Below, piece by piece: positions 1 to 12,870 of a stretch of DNA of 64,000 nt. Below the pieces are notes generated by a model. That model was not told the origin of the DNA. It saw nothing but the letters and a program-made list of their open reading frames with translations, and searched no databases. Source of the DNA: Phoronis australis (taxonomy: Eukaryota; Animalia; Phoronida); NCBI GenBank assembly GCA_002633005.1, contig NMRA01000212.1, forward strand, positions 1 through 64,000, in the 5' to 3' direction. The position numbers were made by a program, and so were the translations under genes. Within the stretch, counting starts at the first letter, position 1. Each line of letters starts with the position of its first letter.

Positions 1-3000
1 ACTTGTCCAATGGGTCAGACAGTCGCGTGCTTGTGTGAACTTTTATTGTTCCTTGACACACTGTCCCTGTTGGTCATCTTACAGTCACTGTAATCTAACA
101 GATCTGTCAACTATTCCTTTTGGATCTGTTCACTGATTATTTTATCTCAGTTCCCTAATTTTCTGCCTTCGGACCCCCTGGCATCCGTTTCGTGAAGGTG
201 AATACACGTAAGACAAAAATTTGGTCTTACGCTCCACTTCTGTTGAATAAAGGTTTATTCAAGTAATTATGAGTGTATCACAGCCTAGAAATAATTCACG
301 GAGATTATCTCAGTACCTCACGTCTTGTCCCATTGGAGAGGTAATAGTTTGTAGAGAAGCCCCTCGCCCGGCCCGGCCATTTCCAAAGACTCGAGTTATC
401 CATCGAGTTTTATATGTGGGCATGTAGTAACTCCAATCGTTACAGCAAAGATATTTTTTGTGTTTAGAGACGGCTAAAATCAAAGTCTCAGCCTAACCTT
501 GCAGTGCGACTGTCATTCTTAATCCTCTGTCTCGTAGTGTAGTCGCTGTTTGCCGATGTATGCCGGCGTATTCGACGATATTATCCACATCTAATAGTAA
601 TAATTGCAGGTACGAAACACATTCGAGGGCTAATTTGAGGCTACGGAAATACATGAGGTGTCATGGCTGTAAAAGGGTGTCAGGCCTCAAACTAGGGTGA
701 GTCAGTGTTTGAGCATTCAGGATATGAGTTTTCATAATTTAGTTGGTATTGTCTCAGGCCAGTAAGGTATTGTGCAACGAAAGAAAATTTCATGCCAAAT
801 ATGTCTGCAAGCTGATATGAGATCATAAATATCTCATATTTACAATGCATTTGGGCTTGGGGGGGGGGAGTTATTGCGAGTTTCATCACTGAGACTCAAC
901 TTGAACAGCCTAGGGGACAATCAAACAATTGCAAGAAACTGCTCACCAACGGAATCCTACCCTAGGAGAGGATCCTTAGTTCACTAGGGGCGGGAAACCT
1001 CTCTGCCACGAATCATTAGCAACGCACTGCTAAACCCTTTCGACCACAGATACCTCAACACCGTATTACCTGGACTGCAACAACGCACAGCCATACATAC
1101 TACCCACAATTTTTAATGGAGATGACCAGTGTTTTGTGAAGAGTAGTGATGGGTTCCGCTTCCGTTTTACGTGTTCTACAGACCATGTTGAAGGTTCGAT
1201 GAACACTTCTGTGGTGGCCATCCAACTTGAAGACAATTGCGATAACGGGGTTTGACAATAACGCATAGGTACTCAATTGATTAGCGAAACTGCACACATT
1301 GTAAATAACAGTTCTTTATTACTTTACAACTTTCAAGCTTATGTATCAGTTAAGTACTCATAATTCGTCAACAGTTCCCTCCCAGTTACTGTCAAATGTA
1401 AACGACTCTTGAAACCCAGTTTTTAGCAACCACAGCCTGGACCGCCAAGAACATTTACTGCCACTAGAGTTCATATTCAGATCGAATAAGATGGTGAGCC
1501 AAGACGGGAGAATGTTGTCTCGCTTACCTTAGTTACCTCGCGCTGAACCAGAGTGTTTAAACGGGTCCCAGGTATGATTCGCCATACGCAGGGTGATAGC
1601 ATCAGATTTTAAGAGAAGTCGCCAAGTTCAGCGTCAAGGAAATTATGATTCAAGTTATAGTCTACTCGCCGTTTTGATTGAAAGGCCCGTTTGTTGAATT
1701 TTTGGTCGTAGTGTTAGCCCAGGTTTAATCACAATTTGCTGTACACGATGAAGTTTGAAAATTAGTCCCTTTCAACCTTTGAAAAACGTTGTTGGGTCAG
1801 TCTTGTATCACTTCATACTGAGAAAGAATTGTTTGGGTTAAAACCACAGATTTCAAAGGCTCTGCAGCTTTGAGGATCTGTTGTCAAGAGACAGCCGAGA
1901 AAAAGGAAACTAAAGACTCAACATTACATGCGCAAACAAGTTATCGGGCTCATTCTTACAAAAATTATGCAAAAGAACCTTATCAAGTAGGTCTCATTCA
2001 GTAACATTTACATTTCATTGGAACAGGACCCAAAACGGGCGTTTGGAGCTTCATTCTTGCTTGAAAGGTCCTTAAAAGGTCAGGTAAAATCGCCAGTGTG
2101 TAACGAACGGACAAGGCGAGTTATTCAGCAGCCGTGGGACGGTCGGCCACATTGATCCACATGAACCACTTAGTGGTGCCGGGAGTTAAAAGCATTGTTT
2201 TAGCTGAACAATAAGTTTCTAACAGTTCTCAGAGATAAAAAAGCATTGTTTTTTCTTAACAATAATTTTGCAGTTACTTCTCCGAGAGATAAAAACACTG
2301 TTCATATGTAACAAAGTTTCTGTCTTACATTAGCGTGTAACAAAGTCAATCTGGGTTCATTCTCCATTAAAGTGGGCTATTCTAAATTTAATATGCGAAA
2401 AATATAAGTTGTCTGTATTGGAAAAATACTAAAGTAGGATTGTTATAAGTAACACAACGTAAAGTTAGGAGCCCATTTTTTACCCATTGGCAGATACGTT
2501 ATGGATGGTATTTTGATTCCTGGATAACTGCATTTAACAAATTGTGGTAGGTTTTTCATAGCTCTTTTAAGTGCCTTCCGATAAAATATGCTCGGATTGA
2601 CTAGTTAATTTGAAGATTTCGCATAGATATATTATCACTTTTTTCAGATATACGCTAATAGAAAAAGCTCATTTCATTCGCACTTATACATGCAATACGG
2701 GACTCTATCTCAACATTGTACGAGATACGTGGAGTGGGAATCTAATCTCCCTTGACATCTGTCAACCACTTCACCCCGCCGTTGCTTGTTCTTTAACTAG
2801 TCAATTTCACACTGTGCCTGGTGAAATATGTCTGTCAGAAAAACTTAGACAGGAACTCATTTTGTACAATGTACTTTGATAAAACTTTAACGTATCTATG
2901 AATTAAACTACGAAATTTGGCTATGTATGACACAGTTCATGATTTCTGAACAACCATTTCAAATCCTCTTTTCGTAATCCCATTTCAATGTACTGCAGTA

Positions 3001-5743
3001 ATGACGTTCCCAGGCTCTCTCAGTTTCTCTGACCGTGACTGATATCGTATCTACGAAAACAAACGCTTAACAACTCTCATACTTCACAGATGTCGCAACT
3101 CTTTTTTCAGTAATATCTGAAAAATTAGTGACTTTGTTTCCTGAAAATGTGTGATGCTTTGGCACAAATAAATATGCAACGAACATCATTTCAAAATATC
3201 TATATGTGTCCTGTGATGAGTATAATCACCCTCATTCGATACACTTCGTCATTTTCCGTACTATGGTATAATGTACGGTACATATATAAGGTATGTAGGC
3301 CTAGTATACATGATAACGTCACGCACGGAAATGGACGGATGAGCATGAATATGTTGATTGACTGAAAATGTGCATAATTCACTTTGGCCAGTGGCAGCTA
3401 AAAGCGGAAAAGTGTGACTTCCGACCTGAAATAATGTAAATAATATCCGAGTTTTAAACAATTTTTTCGTGGTTGCACCGGTTAGTAAATTTGAGTTTGA
3501 CAAAACGATGAGATGTTTTTGGACAATTGTTTTTCTATCCACGTTTTTCTGAATTGCGCATTTTAGTAGAGACTCAACCTTAGGAATGAAATCGCCAAAA
3601 CAGGACTCGCTTTCATTTGAGAACGTTTAGTGTAAGCAGGTTAATCAGATTCAACTTTAGTATATGGTAGCCAATATAACACTTTAAGTCTTGAAGGACC
3701 CTTATTGGCGGTCTAAATGGGAGTCATAAATGTAAATGTGCAGTACGGTACAATTCAAAAATCACAACTATATAGCTCTGTCTGTCATAGTTGCTTCATG
3801 TTAAATTTTACTTTCCACCCAATGTTAACAATATCTTGACCTAGATTTTAGCCTTCAAGAACACTATCGAAATGAAAAATCACAAACATTTTAGTCTGGT
3901 CAGCACGCCACCTGTTGGCCCCACATCTCGGGACCTCGTGACACTGCCGCGTCTGCACGGCTAGCAGAAGATCCCGGGTTCGAGTTAATGTGGGGGCAAA
4001 ACTTTTCTCAGACTTTTGTTTTTAGGTCACGTGATGTGACCAACAACTGGCGTGACCGGTATTTATCTCACAGTTCCGAGAAAGTGTGTTCTAATCGAAA
4101 GTCACTCACACCTCAACTCTGACTTTCTTGTTTCGCGGAGGTAGAAAAGTGCATTGCTCGCCAACACATTCCTGTACCGAATCGGAAAAGTACATCGCGC
4201 CCCACGAACCTCTTAATTATTAAATTTCTTGTTGACAGCACTGAAACTGACCGACCTTGCAACTTTTACTGGAATACATGAACAACAAACGTCGAAACAA
4301 CTGTGGTATAAGGGGATCGGCGTGGCAGCAAGGCTCAACAATGAGAAATACTCCCGGCTACAGACCCTCCTTCTAGTGGGTAAATACTGAAGTTTTCATA
4401 GTGGCGCTGTGCAGTTTCGGCGTGACATACCTACTGTGGGGCGCATACTTAAAGTCCTGGTCTCAAACTGCCCATGTGGTTTCAGTATCCGAAAATACTT
4501 ACTTATTTTCGACATCCTTTCTTTATATTCTTTTCGCCTTTCTTGCCAAAAGCGATTTTTAACAGTATTTGACCCTTCTCTGTGAGCGTATAATTACCGG
4601 CTATCATCGGTTATTTCCGTACCCACATTTCCGGCTCATCAGTTCAGGAACTTGCCCTGAACGCCGCCGTTTTTTCCTTGTAACTGAATGTGCTATCGCT
4701 TGCTCGAAAAGTCTTCATTATTTTGTTTTATTAGTAATATCAGGTGATTCGTTTGTGTGTGTAGTGTATTTATAGTTTGTAGTTAGTGGTCGTTGACCTT
4801 TTTGGAATGTTACGCGTACTTATTATGTTAAAATAGCATTGGTGTTTAGTTCCTTACGTAGGGCGGTCGAACCTAAGAACCAATATGAGTCGAACTCATT
4901 TTTTCCGTTTTGTTTTTTTTCTCGTTTTAAAAAAGTGCTTTGCTATCGTCGGAAAGGTAGTGCATTCTACTCAGTTAAAATCGAAAAAGTATCAAAATCG
5001 GGGCAAGCACTGTAGAGTTATTGCAATTTTTGTGGCGAAATTTGGGTCACTTTGTTTGGATCGTGTCGGCCAAATTGGAGGACAGCGGCATAAGTTACGA
5101 GTTTAAAACTTTGTGTAAATTGTTTTCGCCTTCAATTTACGGTGAAATGTAGTGAAACATTTTTACTGATAATTCTGCACGCTTCAACAGTGTTCATCAA
5201 ATTTCAGCCTCGCAGTTGTTACTCATTAAGTGATAAATGTGCTTACAGTTCCCGTTGGACTTTGTCTCATTTATGGCGGCACGACAACATGGCGACTTTT
5301 GCTGAACAGGGCATGTTCAACCTGTTTCTTAGTAATTTGTGAAGATTTAACGTTGATACATTTTGACAAACGTTGCTACAAAAAGGATCTTTGTTCAATT
5401 TTCGTGTTTTTTTGTGCAAAAATATAAGATAATTCGAATTATTTTACTGTGAATTTCTCAGTCAGGTGATCATACACTTAGCTAAAAAATAGTTGAAATA
5501 ATTTTGAAATGGTTTTTTGTTTGACTATCAACTGCTGTTCAAGGCTTGATTAGGTGTCACAAAATGGTTCATATTTTTTCCAAATTTTAAGTCTCAATTG
5601 CTTTTGTAACTTATTGCTTCTTAATTCAGGTTATCAAGTCAACAATTTGAATAATCTTAATTTAAGAAATAAGCTTCAAGCCTCCAATTCTTGTTCCTTG
5701 CAACTTCCTATTTTTTAATCAGGCTTGTCAAATTCTGGTGTAA
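1..5743 (+). repeat. Long direct duplicate, copy 1 (intron-1 sequence of the downstream APN copy, or alternate haplotype)
   Basis: Colinear with 58373-64000 base by base, with scattered substitutions and small indels; runs to the left window edge. Confidence 0.97.
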
Positions 5744-7605
5744 GGAAACACTATTCGGTCACCATGGTAATAGTTACATGTATGTCCACTTTCATATCGT
5801 GGAAACTTTTGCCGTTGAATAGTGTTTGTAATGCTAAATGTTGTAAGGTATTGTGCATTTTAAGTTACTTATTATGTTAAAAGGTTGAATCATTTTGGCT
5901 TAATGAATAAAAAATGATAACATTTTGTATTGGACTTTTTATACTTATGCGGTCGAACGAGCCCCCTATTTGGAGAAATGGAAAAAGGTCTGCCTCAGTC
6001 AGAGAAGCACGAACTCCGAAAAAAGTAGAAAACGAGACGATATTCCACTAGAAGACAGGAAGTACCAAAATTTAGCGTCTGCAATTCATAACTCTGAACA
6101 TACCCAGTGAATCTTATAGTAAAAGATAGACATTCCCAAAAATTCAAGCCCCCCCCCATTTTTATGCTTGGTGCGCTCATACAAAGTCTGGGAAAATCTT
6201 AGTTGAAAGTTAAACAACTTTGCACAGTTCGCCAGAAGTAGCCAAGTTCTAAATAAACCTCGTTTGAGCAAGAGCTGTGGCCAGCGACCAGGTAGGCCTA
6301 AGGGTAGCCTAGGCCCAAAGCTGTATGGGCCTACCAACAAGCTAGCTGTATTTTGACGGTAATCTTCATACTGGTAGCTGGCACTGAGGCTAGCTAAGGG
6401 CTGCCGCTGCAGTGAGACACAGGAGTAACCAGTCCGTAATTTTATGCAAGTGTCTAAAACGAACTTTGAACATATACGGCATTTATGATTTGAACATTTT
6501 ACGTCGACAAAACATCTTGCAACCGTTCGCCAGTGTCTTGTCTCGATCCGCACCGGGTCCAATAGGCTGCGGTCCCGAGTCCGGAAAAATAATTTCTGTC
6601 AAAATTTATTCTCCACATTTCTTCAGCAAATTCGATAAAATTGTCCGTATTTTAATTTTATTAAAATTAAGACGCGCAGGTCATAGACAACAGATTCGCA
6701 ACTCTTATATTTTCTAACGAAATTCCCAGAAGAGGCGCCACTTTCTTCCAATACACAAGTCAGCTTACGGTTATTGAGCAGACGAGAACTTGTCGAATTG
6801 AAGTAAAAACGTCATACCAGGGGCTGACAAGGTGAAACATACGTCGCGGCAAATGGCGCAGTTACGGCTTCTGCGCAAAATCGCAAATTTTGTGCATCGA
6901 CAATATGCAGAGTTGGCGGTTCAAGCTTTTAGTCCTCCGACCAAAACTTTTAGATTAAGTTTTGATGGCAAAGGCATGTTATAAGCAAACAACACAAACC
7001 ACAGTCACCCAAAATAGTATCACTAATCACTATTGGGGGGGGTCCCAAGCTCAAAATTGCGAGTTACCTATTGACATTTTAAGTTGGGATTATTACCTTT
7101 AATTAAAGATGCTATATCTCATTAAATTGTGATTAAGCAAATGATGTACTAGTTTACAGACAACCCCCGGGTCTACCGATGTGCAGGAAACCATCTGAGA
7201 ACCAGTTACTATTACGATCTCGCGAGGCTATTTTTACTATAAAAGAGTATGGTAATATATTATCGTTACCCTAATAAAACAATACACTATCAAGTATCGG
7301 TTGTATAATATTTGGAATTACTACGTTTTCTATATGTTCACACTTGTTTTTAAGTGTACAAGTTGCGGGTTACTCTTTAAAACTGCATTTTACTAATAAA
7401 TTGTTTCTTTTCATGGTTATGACTGTACACACAGTTCTCCAGGAAGTCCCGATTTAACCTTTAGAAGGCCTCCTAATTGAAATCGAATGTTTAATCATTG
7501 CATTATTATAATTTAATGTAAATAAAAATGTTTCTCTCTCTCACACGAGGTGGCGCTTGGTACAAGTTCAAGTATTCACAGTTTTAATGAGACAAGGCAC
7601 CTTTA

Positions 7606-7929
7606 AGCTTGCCTCATGATAACGGCGTGGGGTAAATAGGTCATTTCAGGTCGTAAGTAAGCACGACCATCATTGCTTAACATTGAAGCCAATGAAAAGC
7701 AGAGTCTAGACATTTTAACAGAATTGGAATGTAATTAATCTTACCAGTTGAAATAATGCCAAATTTAAACAGATAATCGCATGAATTCGCAAGTGACTTC
7801 CCTGGCAGTAGGCATACATGAAGTTGTTCTCCGTACGTGTCCGTACTATTTCCATCGTCTGACGTAAATCAGACATTTCTTACGACCAGAAATGACCTAC
7901 TTTGTCACCTCATTCTCACAAGGCAAGCT
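7606..7929. mobile_element. MITE with about 55-bp imperfect TIRs
   Basis: agcttgcctcatga...aataggtcatttcaggtcgtaag versus reverse complement of cttacgaccagaaatgacctac...caaggcaagct. Confidence 0.7.
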
Positions 7930-9068
7930 AAAGTACTAAAAGCACTGCATATCACAAGCGTGAATTCAATATTTCAAAAACGAGAAAATAGAACAAAAAC
8001 GAAAGTTTCTTAGCTTTACGAATATGAGTATGATGTGCTAGTGTGTCATGCTCACAAACACGCTATTTTTTACAAACTTGAGCCATGCCCGCGTTTTTCT
8101 TATCTCCCGCGTTAAGGTGAGAACAGCCACGGCGTGGTCAAATGCTGAGTTGCTACAACTACTACAAACGCAACGTCTCGCCATTCTTTATTATACCATA
8201 AACCACGGGAAAAGGAGCAGCAATATCTGATGACTTTTCACACTAAACAAGGTGGAGGATGAGTAAAACGCTGTGATTGGGTGTCCCCGATTCTACCTAG
8301 TATGTATCCACCAATAACTGCTCGTAAATCGAGATCAACTAATTAATATACCGCCAGATAGTGTTTGCGGGTTTTCTAATTTGACAGCTGAACAACTGGT
8401 GGGGTTGGTTTTTGGTGTTTTTTTTTTTTGACATGAAATTGTTTAAAAGCATTTTGAAGAGAATAATCCCAAGTTCGAATGTTGATAACTTTATTGATTC
8501 GCAATTTTGAACTTGACAATCCCCCAAACAGGGAGCAGTGATACGTGATTGTGATCAGTGTTGTTTGCTTCTAATATGACTTTGCCACCAAAACCTTAGT
8601 TAAGGGACTAATCAAGATTCGGCCGGCTGACTGTATTTGTCTATGGAATTATCAACTCTATCCATGGAACACGTTTGATGTTCGTCTGGCCCTCGTCCTC
8701 AAAATGACTGACCGTTATGTAGCCTTAATTAACAACAGGCCCCTTGCAACAAACAATGTACCGAATTCTGAGCTTGAGCTGGCGCATCAGATTAAGATAG
8801 TGAAGTTCTTGTCGCACCTTCGAAAGCAAACTTCGCTATCTTTTTGGCGCAGAAATAAGATGTTCGAAGTTCAGCACAATCTACGAAATGGCACCTTTAC
8901 AAGTACAATCTTACGGAATTTGCTGATTGCGAAAGCACTCGAAGTCCACTTAAAGATAGCTTTTCCTCTTTTGTTGCTTGAAAAGTGTAGTAAAGAGAAA
9001 TTCCTTTCAACGCGACACCCCGCTTTTAAATAAACAAAATATGACGTCAAAAAAGGACATTTAGTTCT

Positions 9069-9445
9069 AGGGCTGGGGTCTGTCGTCTAATCTTCGTACT
9101 CGAAATCAAACTCGAAATTATTTTTGGCAATTTCCGCTCTACTTTTGTGAGAAATCAAGATAAGTGGCAATTATTTTGTGCTCGAATACAATATGTTTTA
9201 GGCATAAGCGATTCTAGTTCAAGTTTGTACTTGGGGTCCTCTATATTCATGTCACAAACTCGGGTAAAAGCTCGAGATTTCGCGTAAAAACTCGAAATGT
9301 AGAGAACATTTAGAATTTAATTAGGCGTAAAACGTTTTCCACGCAATTCATTGTGTGCTCGAGCACAGCATAATAGATATTTATTTTGAGTAGATTAGGA
9401 AAATGACAAATCATAAGTTCGAGTAAAAAGATAGACTCTGGGCCC
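9069..9445. mobile_element. MITE-like element with internal (A)CTCGAA sub-repeats; related copies at about 41420-41592 and 54679-54931
   Basis: Repeated actcgaaa/ttcgagt motifs and GGGC..GCCC-like ends at all three loci. Confidence 0.55.
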
Positions 9446-9447
9446 TG

Positions 9448-9535
9448 GGGCCTGTTCCAAGAAACTGACTTAATTTCATTTTTGACTTAACTTTAAGATT
9501 TGTCTTAGCTAAGTCGGTTTTGTTGGAACGGGCCC
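9448..9535. mobile_element. PIF/Harbinger-type mini-MITE with CTG target-site duplication
   Basis: TIR gggcctgttccaagaaactgactta / taagtcggttttgttggaacgggccc; flanked by CTG on both sides. Confidence 0.75.
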
Positions 9536-9601
9536 CTGATCTATGGTTGTTAACGCAGAGACGCGATTTGCAACAGCCGACTGGGGCTCACATCATCTTT
9601 G

Positions 9602-9614
9602 NNNNNNNNNNNNN
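9602..9614. other. Assembly gap (13 N) next to a poly-C run
   Basis: Seen directly. Confidence 1.
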
Positions 9615-11599
9615 CCCCCCCCCCCCCCACCCGCTATCTATCTGTAAACACAGCGTTACACAATTGATAGGCATTCAAACTCCTAGGGCAAAATATTCAC
9701 TGATTGCGAATACAGTCACAGACAGTGATAATCAGTTAGAAGGACACTGATAAGTGAGAGTATATCATAAAAACATTAACTAATTAGTTACATATTTAAA
9801 AACTATTTTACTAAATTTTACTAATGTAGTGTTATATCAACGCCGACAGGCTAAAAATAATTGACGCACGCCTTACCGTATGATTAGCTGAATGCTAGTC
9901 GCAAGCCGACAAGTCGGGCGAATCTGGCAGTGCAAGTAATAATTGTTCGATGGATAGGGGAGGTATGTGGATGAACTAACTTCGTTACCAAAGATAAAGA
10001 TGAAGAATAAAGGCGTGATAAAGGGTATTTCGACTGATAGGCTACCAATTCACACATTGATGTATGGCCATTTAAATTACACGCTAGTATGCTACATTGC
10101 GTAATAAGCCTTTTAAACAGGGCGTAAAACATCGCGGTCAAGCATTCAACTCTTTAGTCGCATACTATTTCGCATACAAAAACACACATTCTCTAGTCTT
10201 ATTGCTTTAACAGATTAAAGTCAAAATTTCTCAATTTATACCTCACGTAAAGGCAATGGTTTCGGATATGTAAGAGTATACCTAAACACAGTTTTAGCCT
10301 ATTTTCAAATATTAATTAGTACTGAATCACAAACATTTCTGAAACAAAATAATGCTATATGTATTCCCAAAAATCCTGAAAACTCTCCACAAATACTTGC
10401 AAACTCTTCACTCCGCCAATAAGCGTTAATAACGCTATGGATTAGCAAATCGACGATTGAAGGAAAACCGCTGAGACGTTATGGCACAGGAAATATTACA
10501 GGAGCTGAACAACCGTTTTGTCACTCACGAGGACATGAGCGACAGCTCAGCCTCGAAATCTGTTTTCGCACAATTTAAAGTGGCTATGAACCGGTCTGGC
10601 GTTACAAAATTCAGCTTTCCCAAAAAGACCATTTATCGATGAAAATATTGGCCTCAAAAAGTTGTGATTTCTGCACTTCAAAAGAGTTGACATTGTATTA
10701 CTGAATAGATCAAACTCTAAGCTGACTTGTCACGACGTGTCATTTAATTGGTCAAGCATGGCATGCGAGAAGTCTTTGCAAGACCAAAAATCGTTTCCGA
10801 CAAGTTGAGACCAATTATAATAGCGGTACAAGTAGGAGTGGTCTAAATCAAAATTTAGTTTCTTAGACGCAACGCCAGTTTATTGCCGTTTTAAAGCATT
10901 ATCATTTCAGGACTTCATCTAATTTTGTCACAACTCATCACGGTATATAGACCACACAGTTCGTTATATTACCGTCACAGTTTAGTTTCCAACAACACCG
11001 AGGCGTTTTAAAAATATACGAGATTAATTCATTGTGTCCATGTTTCACATGAAATATGCATTATTATTATTTATTTATTGTAGTGACATAAGGGTGCCAG
11101 TAAATACAATCTTAAAGACAGAATATTCACCACACCCCCCAGCCTCAATGGGCTTACTCAGTCACCTAATAGTACCGGTAATTAAACCATTGCATAACAT
11201 ATTGCACACGCTCAAATATGACCACTTCAGACTAGTTTATAAACACATAATTACTTCTAACCTGCAAAGCGTCTTGAATGAATTTCGCTAGACCTTTCAA
11301 GTTATTTTGGAATATTTGCATTGAGATACAAAAAAATCAAATGGCAAATGTCGCGTAATGTGTTTGATACCGGAACTCTATTTGCTCGTGGCTAGTAGTA
11401 CTTCCTGTGGACACTTCCTGTTCTTAGAACTTCTGTTAGAACTGTGGTACCCCCATATGTACATCTAATTGGATTAGTTTCCCCGCTATATATGTTGTAA
11501 TCTTTATATAAATTCACTTTCATTGCATTGTGTAAACGACAGCCACACTCAATCCCATTCAGTTACGTCAAGTACTTCTTTCGTTCTTAAATAAACTGG

Positions 11600-12395
11600 T
11601 CGAGACACATCTGCCAAGTTGAACATCGATCACTGCGTCAACTCAGCCAGATAAAACAACACTTGTAAAAAAGTTAAAATTGTTTCTTCAGGATGGCCTA
11701 TTACGCAACGCCGGACAGTGTGGATGCACAACATCAACCTACCTGACCACGCGAAGTTTCCCATTTTGTTACCATTAGCCCACAGATTCAATGAAAAGGT
11801 CATCAAAGAGGCACACGCCAGCAGTCTCCATAGTGGCGACAACATGCTTATCAAGTTCAGACGTCAGAGCTAGTGAATTCCGAGAGTTTGCCAGCTGATC
11901 AGAGTTGTCATCCGACTCAATGTGCCTTGCCGCAGAGTTGCTGAAAACTCGTATCCTTAACCAGCCCCCATCAAGTCTATGTGCCTACTATAATGGCACG
12001 CAAAATGGACAACCCTTTGAGAGTACTGGTGTTGATTAAACCTGTCATGTGTTCGCCAAGAACTCTATTGGCAACACCAGCAGCACGGTGTACATCTGTT
12101 TATTTACATGCGCGCTCACTGGAGCAGTGCATTTGCTGTTGGTATCTGATTAACCTGTCAGATCATTTATACAAGCTTTTCGTGCTTTTGCCAGCCTGCG
12201 CTCACTCCCATTTGTTGTGATTTCAGATAACGCCACAAATTTTGGCGCCCCGCACTGTCAACGAATTTGAGAAATCGAGAGATTTTCTCGCCGATCAGCA
12301 AGTCACCTGGAAATTTATTCCTTCCCGCGCTTTATAATTTGGTGGGTTTTGAGAAAGTCCCGCCGAAATCACTAAAACATGGTTGAAGAAGGTCA
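11600..12395 (+). mobile_element. Decayed BEL/Pao LTR-retrotransposon integrase region
   Basis: Frameshifted peptides LKLFLQDGLLR, KFPILLP, PFESTGVD, VYICLFTCALTGAVHL, FIQAFRAF..ISDNATNF, VTWKFIPSRAL*FGGF*E match BEL/Pao integrase motifs. Confidence 0.88.
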
Positions 12396-12489
12396 ACCTT
12401 TAACAAACTCTGTACAATTCTTATAGAACACTTCTGGTATATTTACGTATCCTCAAATTTTCCAGCTGAGACGAACTCTGTCTAGAATG

Positions 12490-12870
12490 TGCAAACTTCA
12501 GTCATACGACCAACCATTCTCCAGCTTGAAAGTCACATGACTTGCTAGCAAATGCGCAGATAACGCTCACCTCCGAGGGGAAATTTTAGACTACAAAAAT
12601 ATTGTATTTATTCAAAATCTTACACAAATTGAATGCATTCATTCGGAACACCTCGGGTATTTGCGTAGCCTGAAATTTCCTCTCGGAAGTGAACATGTAT
12701 CTGCGCGTGCGTAAACTTCTGGCATACAAGTCACGTGACCTGTAAACTGGATAATGATTGAAGTTCGCACATACGCAGGCAAAGGTCACCTCCGAGGGGA
12801 AATTTAGGCTACGAAGTTAACCGAGGTGTTCCTGATGTTCTGCGCATGTGCGGACTTCAGTCATACCGCA
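12490..12870. repeat. Dispersed repeat with internal sub-repeats (related pieces at about 13330-13410 and 49260-49360)
   Basis: Recurrent cacctccgaggggaaattt, acacctcgggtattt and tgcgcatgtgcggacttcagtcatac motifs. Confidence 0.55.

Noticed and set aside
11433-11600. Possible LTR and primer-binding site upstream of the BEL/Pao remnant
   Set aside because: No second LTR was found and the PBS match is unconvincing.
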